From Octopus vulgaris (taxonomy: Eukaryota), in contig OX597814.1 of assembly GCA_951406725.2 (NCBI GenBank), positions 167,710,001 to 167,774,000 on the forward strand: a stretch of DNA of 64,000 bases, read 5' to 3'. The notes below the pieces were generated by a model that saw only the letters and a program-made list of their open reading frames with translations, was not told the DNA's origin and made no database searches. Below are positions 26,613-36,557 of the stretch, piece after piece. Position numbers and translations under genes: made by a program. Numbering within the stretch: position 1 is the stretch's first letter; each line of letters opens with the position of its first letter.

Positions 26613-27222
26613 AATAATAATAATAATAATAATTGTGTACAGTGCTCAGGTGCACTACAACTCATCTAAAGTGTATATATAATCAGGTGAAGTTTCGGCG
26701 GATTTCGGAAAGCATGAGGGCCTTAAAAGATGCAGTGTCATGGCAGTCAACAACTGACGCAGGCAGTTTATTCCATGCTTCAGCAACTCTGAGCGTGAAA
26801 AAATGTTTCCGAAAGTCATGGGAGCTGTATTGTTTTCTGACTTTGTAGGCATGTCCACGTGTGTTAGACACATGGAGATCAAAAAGGTGTTCAGTGTTGT
26901 TGTTGGTGAGGTGGTTGATAACTTTGTGGGTGTTTACCAAGTCCGTCGCCAAACGCCGGAGCTTCAGAGAATCCATGCCCAGGGAAACAAGGCGCTCAGA
27001 ATATGGTAGGTGTCTGATGGAGGGTATGCGTTTGGTTGCACGTCTCTGGACAGATTCCAGGAGGTCAATGTTCTGTGCAAGATAGGGGTTCCAAACTGAT
27101 GATGCGAATTCCAAGTGTGGTCGTACCATAGCTGTATACAGTTTTAAATAGATGGCTGGAGAGCGGCTAACAAAAGACCTGCTGAGTGATGCCAAGACAC
27201 CCTCGGCCTTCCTGACAATCAT
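26613..27222 (-). mobile_element. CR1-clade LINE, 5'-truncated young copy
   Basis: Stop-free 179-codon frame: LYTAMVRPHLEFASSVWNP...LESVQRRATK...YSERL...TRGH...FFTLRVAEAWNKLP, the CR1 ORF2 C-terminus. Short UTR and (TTA)n tail. Confidence 0.9.
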
Positions 27223-27279
27223 GTGAGACCATGGATAAAAATTATGTGTTATGTCTATGTATCTATCTAGTTAGTTAGG

Positions 27280-27328
<49 letters not shown>

Positions 27329-27392
27329 TTTATATACCGGAGTAAACAAGGTGGAAAAATAGTACTCAAATACCAGTGGCAGAGTAATATGG

Positions 27393-27465
27393 TTTATTTA
27401 AAGCAGCAGAAAATTCAACAAAACCTGTAACAGGTTTTGTTGAATTTTCTGCTACTTTAAATAAA
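27393..27465. repeat. 36-bp inverted repeat (palindrome)
   Basis: Arms 27393-27428 and 27430-27465 with one mismatch. Confidence 0.9.
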
Positions 27466-27504
27466 GTATATATATATATATATATATATAGATAATGTGT
27501 CAGT

Positions 27505-27570
27505 TCACTACAGCTGTTTCCTTTTAATTTTTTATTGATTAATGGAGACATTAAATCATCAGAAAAAAAC
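27505..27570 (-). ncRNA. Minimal hammerhead ribozyme core (Penelope type), probably degenerate
   Basis: Minus strand: CTGATGA-TTTAAT...ATTAAA-AG-GAAA-CAGCTG-TA, with palindromic stem III. Stem I is weak. Confidence 0.5.
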
Positions 27571-27831
27571 ATTTTCATCACGTAATTGACTCATTATTCA
27601 TCAGTTATTTATTTATTATTCACCTCACTCAGAACCTGCTCCTTGTGTACATCCAAAGTATATTCTGGACCATACAGTTTGTACAATGTACGTTTCTTGA
27701 TTAGTGGTATCGATATACTCAGTCGGGTAAAACTAATTGTATACATAACCTGAATATCTTTCTGTCTGTACTTCAGTACCCACATATGTATTCCTCTATT
27801 TTTGTTGTACACATTTTACACTCAACCAAAC

Positions 27832-29205
<1,374 letters not shown>

Positions 29206-29227
29206 ATTGTGCTTATATCTACAAGTG

Positions 29228-29548
29228 AAGGCACATGGCTGAGTGGTGAGAGTATCCAACTCATGACCGTAAGGTTCTGAGTCCAACTCCTGGTGGCACA
29301 ATGTGTCCTTGAGCAAGACACTTTATTTCACATTGTTCCAGTCCACTCAGCTGGCAAAAATGAGTTGTACCTGTATTTCAAAAGGGCCAGCCTTGTCACA
29401 TTTTGTTTCACTCTGAATCTCCCTGAGAACTATGCTATGGGTACATGTATCTGTGGAGTGGTCAAGCACTTTCACATTAATTTCACAAGCAGGCTGTTCT
29501 GTTGATCAGATCAACTGGAACCCTAGTCATCACCACCAACAGAGTGCC
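29228..29548 (+). mobile_element. tRNA-derived SINE, third family
   Basis: Box A TGGCTGAGTGG and TGTGTCCTTGAGCAAGACACTT core. Body resembles ~3000-3165. Confidence 0.6.
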
Positions 29549-29613
29549 AGTATTTATATATGTGCATACTAGCATGGAAAATGGGCATTAAATGATATGT
29601 GTAAATGTTTGTG

Positions 29614-29713
<100 letters not shown>

Positions 29714-31169
29714 GTATGTATGTATATATATATATATACATACACACACACACATATGTGTGTGTGTGTGTTTGTATCTATCTGTATATATATAAATGTG
29801 TATGTGCATATGTATGTACATACATATATATACACACACATGTATGTGTGTGTGTCAACATCAATCTTTGAATGACCTTCTTCCATGCTGACATGCAGAT
29901 AGAACATTAAATATATAAAAAAAATATATAACAACACAGATATTGAAATATTATCTTCGAGAGAGAGAGAAAAATTATCCTTTCTATTTGTGATATTCAA
30001 ATTACCACATAAGTAGAGGTGTAGAATTTTGTGCTGTGGATTGTGTTCTATAGACTCATTGTCTAGGTGAGAGGATGTGTAAGAGGAGTAATTGGATGTA
30101 GACCTGTGATGCATTGTGAGTCTTAGGAATGGTTTATTGATAGTATCTATCGGCCCTCAATCAATTCTAGTCAATTGTAAATTGTTGGCCTGTGTTTTTT
30201 TTTTTCTCAGAATATTATTTCTTTTATCCAAAGGTTACTCATATTGCATGTCCTTGTTCATGTTCCTACTCACACATATGATTACTAACTTAGCATCTAT
30301 CAAAAATCACTGTCTTTATTTCTGTCTCCTTTCAGTAGTTCTTATTCTTTCTTATTCAAGCCCTGCTCTGTCACCTTCTAGTGTTTTATCCCCTTTCAAT
30401 TCTTCTTATTCTTTTCCTCTCATTCACAGTTTCTGTTTCTTTTTGCGTTTGTTGTTAGTTTACAACACTTTTTTTTCCCCGGTTCATGTTGATCATTGAC
30501 TTGTTTTTTTTCTTCTTGCGATAATTGTGGTCTTTTTGTCATTCAAAGACGGGCAGTTTCTTGGAGAATATGGCTGACTGACTTTGTTTCACATCTGTCT
30601 TTCCATACTGGTATGTGTTAGATGGATGCTTATTGAGATAGTGTTTTACAGCCCGATGGCCTTCCTTTACCAGTTTTTAAACTAAGGGAATTTTTATTCC
30701 ACTTGTTCTCAAAAGTGCTTAGCTAGATGAGGATTTATTGAGAGGGAATGTCAACATAACATCACTGTTTTTTGCTCAATACTTTCATGTGAGGATGCAG
30801 AATGTATACATTTACAGAGACAAATGCATACACATGTGTAGCATGCATGCAAACTCACATACACGCACGCGCGTGTGTGTGCATGTATTACTGACACCCA
30901 TCATCTCCTCCTCTTCTTCTTCCTCCTCCTCCTCAATCCACTTCTATTTCCTTCGCTTTTACTCTCAACTGATGTTCACTATTAACCATACTTTCATCTA
31001 TGCTCCACTCATTGTATTCACCTCTATCCCTGTCTCTAACCATTTATCTGTCTCATTTCACGTTCTCACAAACTTACCTGCTCACCTATCCTTTCTTCTT
31101 CTCTATCCTTATTCTCTCTCTTATATCCACCTATTCACCTACCCACCACTACAATAATGATATCCTAAA

Positions 31170-31460
31170 GACAAGGTCTCACATAAAAAGCATTGGCACA
31201 GGTGCCATGTAAAAAGCACTAGTGCTGGTGCCATGTAAAAATCACTAGTGCTGGTGCCACATAAAAAATACTGGTGATGGGGCTACCTAAAAAGCACCTG
31301 GTACATAAATTAAATTGGTTGGTATTAAGAAGTGCCTCCAGCTGTAGAAACCAAGTCGAAACAGACTATGGAACCTGGTACTGCTTCTGGCCTTGCCAAC
31401 TCCTGTAAAGCTCTCTCACCTATGCCAGCGTGGAAAATGGATGCTAAATGATGATGATGA
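31170..31460 (+). mobile_element. RTE LINE 3' end with ~26-bp minisatellite
   Basis: GGTGCCAYRTAAAAARCACT units followed by the RTE terminus and (GAT)n. Confidence 0.65.
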
Positions 31461-31912
31461 CAACAGTCTTGTACCTTGAGAGTATACCCTCACCATCTCT
31501 TTTTCTCCCTTTTCATGTTGGGAAGCTGTGTATCTCCTCTACTGCAAGACACCTATTTCCGTCCCTCATATTTTAACCTCTTAACACCTAGCACAGAGCC
31601 ATCCAACCCATCCAGCATAGACGACAGATGCTAAATGATCATGGTATACCAGGTTTCTTTACAGTTTCCTTCTATCTACTCTGTTCCCAAGTTTATTGGT
31701 CAACCCAGGGCTTCAGTAGGAGACCAAGGTGCTATGCAGTGAGATAGAACTGGAGACTATGTGGTAACAAAAGTAAACTCCATATCATCATAACTTTGTC
31801 TCTGCCAATACTTCTTTTATGTAATTATATGGCTGTGTGCATGAATATATGTATTTAAGTGTATATATATGCACATAAACGCCTACACAAACATACACAC
31901 ACACACACAGTC

Positions 31913-31943
<31 letters not shown>

Positions 31944-32334
31944 CTTGTATACAACATATACATAACTATGCCTTAGGTTAACCACCTCCTATGTCTAATT
32001 CTATTCAAATTTATGCCTTTTATCTTTAATTCACTAAAATCCAGCTTATTTATACACACACTCACATCCATATCCAAACATAAGCATTCACATTTATACA
32101 CACATGTCCATACACACACTTTCTCTCTTTCTCTCTCTCTCTCCCTCTCTCTCTCTCTTTCCCCTCTCTCTCTCTCTCTCCTTCTCTTTCCCTCTCTCAT
32201 CACTAACCAAAGCTAGACAATACTCTCCTCCCTGCAAGTTGTACCATATCCCTCTTCTACCTTCCCAAATCTTTGTACATGTATGGAACCCCTCCTTCAA
32301 CAGACTTCTTATTAGCTAAAACCCCGTTTGTTCC

Positions 32335-32611
32335 TGTGATAAGTGTGGTGAAAAGGAGCGTAACAGAACAAGGAAAAGAATTAGAAGTGTAATTTGGTCT
32401 TACCTGCAGAGATGAAGCCGGATTCGTCTTGAGCCAACTTGCTAGCGTCTTGTCGTCTTGGCGTCGTTCTCGAGTCTGACTGCCCTGGTCGATGCCGCAC
32501 ATGCGTTCTGTCTCTCACTTCCGCTTCCGCCGGCGCATGCGCCCTGCGAGACCTGCAAGACCCACTTCCACTCCCTCCCTCTCTGTCACACTCCCTCATC
32601 ACCACACCACA
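32335..32611 (-). repeat. 3' LTR (277 bp)
   Basis: Matches 36301-36557 apart from 2 substitutions and a 20-bp indel. Confidence 0.97.
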
Positions 32612-32624
32612 CGCCCCCTGATCT
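32612..32624 (-). other. Polypurine tract
   Basis: Minus-strand AGATCAGGGGGCG immediately before the 3' LTR. Confidence 0.7.
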
Positions 32625-32646
32625 ATAGATCACTGAACCGGCTTCC

Positions 32647-34647
32647 TCACTCGCTCCCGCACCTGAAACTGGTTTCGTAGTCAGCCAACCAGGGAGGAGG
32701 GTGCCGCTCCCTCTGTGGTTGCAGTGCGACCCTAGGACTTGTTTCTGGCGTGTTGCTGCCGACCTCGTCATCCTGTCTGTTGTTATCGTCTTGCCCACTG
32801 TTGCTTGTCCCATCCTCCGGGGCATGGACAATCCTCCGTATGTCCAAAACGTGGCGTGGCATACCATCTACCGAGATGTTATTCTTTGAATTTACGGAGG
32901 TTATTGTCCCCTTTCCCCATTGCGATGTACACCGTGCGTTCGGGGGTTTCACCCAGACTTCCTCCCCGACCTGCACGAAGGCGTGCTCTTCCTCTGCCCC
33001 GGGTCGCATTGATGTAGTACACGGATGCCTCCACTCGTACCTGAATATTGCCCTGTGTGGCACTGACTCCTCGGCCTGTCCTGATCTGAGCGACATGTTG
33101 TACCAAAACACGGCCTCGACTGGTGAAATGTGACCCCTCTCAGCCATGGCCTTGATGGTACGATGATGCCTTTCCACCACCCCGTTTCCACTTGGCCGGT
33201 ATGCCGCCCTGAAGAAGCGGTTGACCTTCCACTCATCAAGCATTTCTCTCAGCGCCTCCGAGCGAAATGCAGTGCCGTTGTCCAGAAGCAGTTCATCCAC
33301 GGGGCCTCGTTCCAGGAATATCTCGTTCAGCACTTTCGCAATTTCTTCTGCGGTTCCTGACCTCATCTCCCTCCATATGGCGAACCGCCCCGGTCCGCAG
33401 TCAACCATTGAGAGGTATGTCCCCTGCCGGTAGTGTGTTATGTCCACCGCCAGTCGTCTCCAGTCCTGGTCCACTGGAATACTTCCCGCTTCATGCACGA
33501 CCGGAGCAGGGTCGATGGACTGGCACCTGTCACAACTGCTAACCACTCTCCGCACGCTCTGTCTTGTTACGTCGGAGTCGACTTTTCTGGCCAGGAACAA
33601 CGTCCTGTCCACACCCATGTGATGCATGGTGTGCAGTCTCCGCAACTCCGAGTCGCTCAGATGGCATACTGCAGCTACATCCTGCTTCGCGTCCTCTGGC
33701 ACTTGCAACCAGGCTCGCTTAACCCTGGTCAGGACGTCTGCCCTGTTCTTCTCGGAAGGCACAAAGATCACGCTCAGCTTCAGATTGAACTCAGTGGTCA
33801 GTTCACGCAGTATCCCCAATCGACGCTTTACCAGCATCTCTGCAGCCCCTTTGGTCCGCACCCTCCGCTCATCGGTGATGACTGCCGTCGCCCAACCAAG
33901 TACAGTGGCTGAATCAGTCCTGATTTCTATGGTGTGCAACCCCCACTTCAAGGCTAGGTTCACCCCCTTCAGCACGGCTTCCAACTCCGCCACGTTGATG
34001 TGACTGCAGTCATCCATCTTCCTGAGCCAGGCTGCATCTTCCACCGTGACACCTCCCACTTCCAAGACAATCCCTATTGCGATGCTACTGGTGTCACACC
34101 ATACGATCCCGCTCTTTGATTTGGGAACGTACCAGCTGCCCCTCACCGGGTCCTCTGCTCTTACTCTGACCAGGACTTCCTGCATCATGTCGATCGTCCT
34201 CTCCTCCACTTTATCATTCCACTTCACTCCTTCGGCTCGTCTCTTGATGAAGCTGCATGCTGTCCGGAGCCAGCCTGCAATCGGGTAGTGTCCCACCAGC
34301 TTCCCACACACAGAGAACAGCTCCCGTCTACTCATGCTGGCGCCCAGTTCAGGGATCTCATTCCCTCGCCGGAACACCAAGGCGCCGGCTTTGTCTCTCC
34401 ATAGCTTGAGGCCCAGTGCAGCACCTCCCTCCATAGCCTCTGGCGGCTTGGCGATCAGTCCAAAACTCTTCAGGTGGCCTATGACCTCCGTTGCTGGTAT
34501 CACGGTTTCATCCACCAGAATGTCGTCGATGTATGAATTGGTGGCCCTTTTTACTCTGTCCACCTTCCCCAGGACGGCCTTGAGAATTGTTGCCATAATC
34601 TTCGGAGCTGAATTCAGCCCGAATCCCAACCTGGTCAGACAGTACGT
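32647..34647 (-). CDS. pol: Pol C-terminal part: RT (YIDD), RNase H, integrase
   Basis: RT: YCLTRLGFGLNSAP and NSYIDDILV. RNase H: WCDTS, ELEA, TDS, ADVL. Integrase: H-H-CDRC plus D(ITH), D(NG), E(R). Separated from upstream pol by a frameshift. Confidence 0.93.
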   Translation of the reverse strand, partial: TYCLTRLGFGLNSAPKIMATILKAVLGKVDRVKRATNSYIDDILVDETVIPATEVIGHLKSFGLIAKPPEAMEGGAALGLKLWRDKAGALVFRRGNEIPELGASMSRRELFSVCGKLVGHYPIAGWLRTACSFIKRRAEGVKWNDKVEERTIDMMQEVLVRVRAEDPVRGSWYVPKSKSGIVWCDTSSIAIGIVLEVGGVTVEDAAWLRKMDDCSHINVAELEAVLKGVNLALKWGLHTIEIRTDSATVLGWATAVITDERRVRTKGAAEMLVKRRLGILRELTTEFNLKLSVIFVPSEKNRADVLTRVKRAWLQVPEDAKQDVAAVCHLSDSELRRLHTMHHMGVDRTLFLARKVDSDVTRQSVRRVVSSCDRCQSIDPAPVVHEAGSIPVDQDWRRLAVDITHYRQGTYLSMVDCGPGRFAIWREMRSGTAEEIAKVLNEIFLERGPVDELLLDNGTAFRSEALREMLDEWKVNRFFRAAYRPSGNGVVERHHRTIKAMAERGHISPVEAVFWYNMSLRSGQAEESVPHRAIFRYEWRHPCTTSMRPGAEEEHAFVQVGEEVWVKPPNARCTSQWGKGTITSVNSKNNISVDGMPRHVLDIRRIVHAPEDGTSNSGQDDNNRQDDEVGSNTPETSPRVALQPQRERHPPPWLADYETSFRCGSE

Positions 34648-35543
34648 CGGCCCCTATACCTGACGAGCTGGTACCTCCATAGTTTCTCAGCCACATGAAC
34701 CTGAAGGTATGCCGACTTTAAATCGACAATCGTGGAGGCCCCCGCCGTCTGCCTCCACTCTCGCAAGGTGTCTCCGCAGACATCCGTGGCCTCGCCACCT
34801 GTATGACACGACACGTGGTCATTCAGCTCTCGGAAGTCGAGCACTGGCCTGACCTTACGCTTTGTGGGCAGTGGCAGGACTCCGCTCTCTTCTTTTTCCC
34901 AGGGGATCAGTATGCCCTCCTTAATCCACCGCTCCACCTCCCCCTCGAACTCACTTCTGGCATCTCCTTTTAGAGTATGCTGATAGCAGCCCACTTTGTT
35001 CTTTAACATCGGGGGCTCTCCCTTCCAGTGCCACTCCACTGTCCACCTCTCGCCATCAAAGACAGCCCGAAAATCCTGGTCTTCAATGGTGTGCGCCGCA
35101 TCCATTTCCTCACGGTTGTCGTCGGTGCGTGGTGTCGCCCTACACGGCTTCCCTGCTAGCCCAAACGTTACGCCAGCCTCGTTGACGGTAACACCTCCCA
35201 GACGGGTGATCGCATCCATCCCCATCACCACGTCGATCTCGTCCACCAAGTGACCGACCACAATCGCTCGCAACGTCAGCTGCAGTCCCTGCACCACGAT
35301 CTGCGCATCCATAACCCCTTCGCAGTGCACTTCTCTTCCGTCGACTGCCCTGACATTGCTTCCTCCACTCCACGTCTCTGCCACTTCTGTGGTCATCAGG
35401 GTCGTCGTACAGCCCGTGTCCACCAGGGCTCGCGACATCTTCCCCTTCACCAGAATGTCGACCACAGGTAACGATGAGAAACGCTCCGCTACTAATCCAA
35501 AGGGACAACTACCGGCGCAGTAGTCTCCCGCGGTCCGTTTCCC
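34635..35543 (-). CDS. pol: Pol N-terminal part: aspartic protease and RT N-terminus
   Basis: ALVDTGCTTTL protease motif; KVRPVLDFRELN and VDLKSAYLQ RT motifs. Lies in the -1 frame relative to gag. Confidence 0.9.
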   Translation of the reverse strand, partial: GKRTAGDYCAGSCPFGLVAERFSSLPVVDILVKGKMSRALVDTGCTTTLMTTEVAETWSGGSNVRAVDGREVHCEGVMDAQIVVQGLQLTLRAIVVGHLVDEIDVVMGMDAITRLGGVTVNEAGVTFGLAGKPCRATPRTDDNREEMDAAHTIEDQDFRAVFDGERWTVEWHWKGEPPMLKNKVGCYQHTLKGDARSEFEGEVERWIKEGILIPWEKEESGVLPLPTKRKVRPVLDFRELNDHVSCHTGGEATDVCGDTLREWRQTAGASTIVDLKSAYLQVHVAEKLWRYQLVRYRGRRTV

Positions 35544-36247
35544 CGCAGACACTCGCTGGCCACATGCCCCGGCTCTCGGCACCGGTAGCAAATCACCTCG
35601 GGCTTGGGCAACGCGCAGTCACGGACCATGTGTGGGCCCTGGCACCGGAAACACTGTCCCTTAAACGACCGCACACGTTCTTTCCCCAGCCCCTCTCCGT
35701 TGCTCCTAGCTGGGCCACTTTTCGACGTTGCAGTCGCTGCTACCGACGTCAACCTGCTGCACGACACCAGTACACGTGCCCGTGATATAATCTCGGCCAT
35801 CGGCATCGAACGCACGTTCGGGAGCTTCTGTAGCTCGACCGACATGATGTCGGGAAAGCCGGTCACGAACGCTAACCTGACCGTGCGTTCTAGCGACTCT
35901 CCCTCATATCCCGCAAGTTTTGCCAACCTTCTAAGCTCGCCGGCGAACACGTCCACCTGCTGTCCTGTCCACCTCATCCTACCCAGTCGAGTGTACGCTT
36001 CGAACATTCCTTCCGCGAAGGCCTCCATAAGTCGGATCTCCACCTTGTCCGCGCTGCGTTGGTCCGCTTCCTCCATCTCCAGATATAACGCCAACGCCGG
36101 GCCATCCAAATACAACGGCATAAAACTAGCCAGGTCAGCTATGCCGTGTAGCTTCGCCACCAACTTCACCCTCCTCAACCAAGCGACCACGTCGGTGTCG
36201 CCGCAAAACGGTGTTATAGGGTCGCGTGAAATCATAGCAGTCTGCAT
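35492..36247 (-). CDS. gag: Gag (251 aa) with two zinc knuckles
   Basis: ATG after an A-rich leader; CFRCQGPHMVRDC and CYRCREPGHVASEC. Confidence 0.92.
   Translation of the reverse strand: MQTAMISRDPITPFCGDTDVVAWLRRVKLVAKLHGIADLASFMPLYLDGPALALYLEMEEADQRSADKVEIRLMEAFAEGMFEAYTRLGRMRWTGQQVDVFAGELRRLAKLAGYEGESLERTVRLAFVTGFPDIMSVELQKLPNVRSMPMAEIISRARVLVSCSRLTSVAATATSKSGPARSNGEGLGKERVRSFKGQCFRCQGPHMVRDCALPKPEVICYRCREPGHVASECLRGNGPRETTAPVVVPLD
35502..35543 (-). promoter_or_regulatory. -1 programmed ribosomal frameshift signal
   Basis: G GGA AAC heptamer in gag frame (35543-35537), 7-nt spacer, then hairpin GGGA-GACTACTG-CGC-CGGTAGTT-G-TCCC. Confidence 0.85.
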
Positions 36248-36288
36248 AATTTTTATTTTTTATTTTCACGAAACCGAGTGATTATTTT

Positions 36289-36300
36289 GCCGAAATAGCT
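36289..36300 (-). other. Non-canonical primer-binding site complementary to tRNA-Phe nt 1-12
   Basis: Plus strand GCCGAAATAGCT equals the 5' end of metazoan tRNA-Phe(GAA). It abuts the 5' LTR with no spacer and no TGG. Confidence 0.7.
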
Positions 36301-36557
36301 TGTGATAAGTGTGGTGAAAAGGAGCGTAACAGAACAAGGAAAAGAATTAGAAGTGTAATTTGGTCTTACCTGCAGAGATGAAGCCGGATTCGCCTTGAGC
36401 CAACTTGCTAGCGTCTTGTCGTCTTGGCGTCGTTCTCGAGTCTGACTGCCCTGGTCGATGCCGCACGTGCGTTCTGTCTCTCACTTCCGCTTCCGCCGGC
36501 GCATGCGCCCTGCGAGACCTGCAAGACCCACTTCCACTCCCTCATCACCACACCACA
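36301..36557 (-). repeat. 5' LTR (257 bp)
   Basis: TGTG...CACA ends; followed on the plus strand by TSD GTTCC. Confidence 0.97.
36462..36508 (-). promoter_or_regulatory. LTR U3 motif cluster: NRF1-like palindrome, tandem ETS sites, E-box
   Basis: Minus strand GCGCATGCGC-CGG-CGGAAG-CGGAAGTG ... CGCACGTGCG. Confidence 0.5.

Larger units (their letters stand above)
32335..36557 (-). mobile_element. Full-length Ty3/Gypsy LTR retrotransposon (4223 bp)
   Basis: Two LTRs with TGTG...CACA ends, 5-bp TSD GTTCC (32330-32334 and 36558-36562), gag plus PR-RT-RH-IN order; no env or chromodomain seen. Confidence 0.97.

Noticed and set aside
31185-31300. CRISPR-like array
   Set aside because: Contiguous degenerate units with no unique spacers, inside a LINE 3' UTR in eukaryotic DNA with no cas genes.
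32701-36281. Many plus-strand ORFs inside the Gypsy element, e.g. 35604-36281 (225 aa)
   Set aside because: Antisense shadows of GC-rich gag/pol with no recognisable domain.
36301-36557. Tf1-type self-priming or canonical TGG PBS for the Gypsy element
   Set aside because: No TGG follows the LTR, and no complement of the PBS was found in the LTR sense strand.
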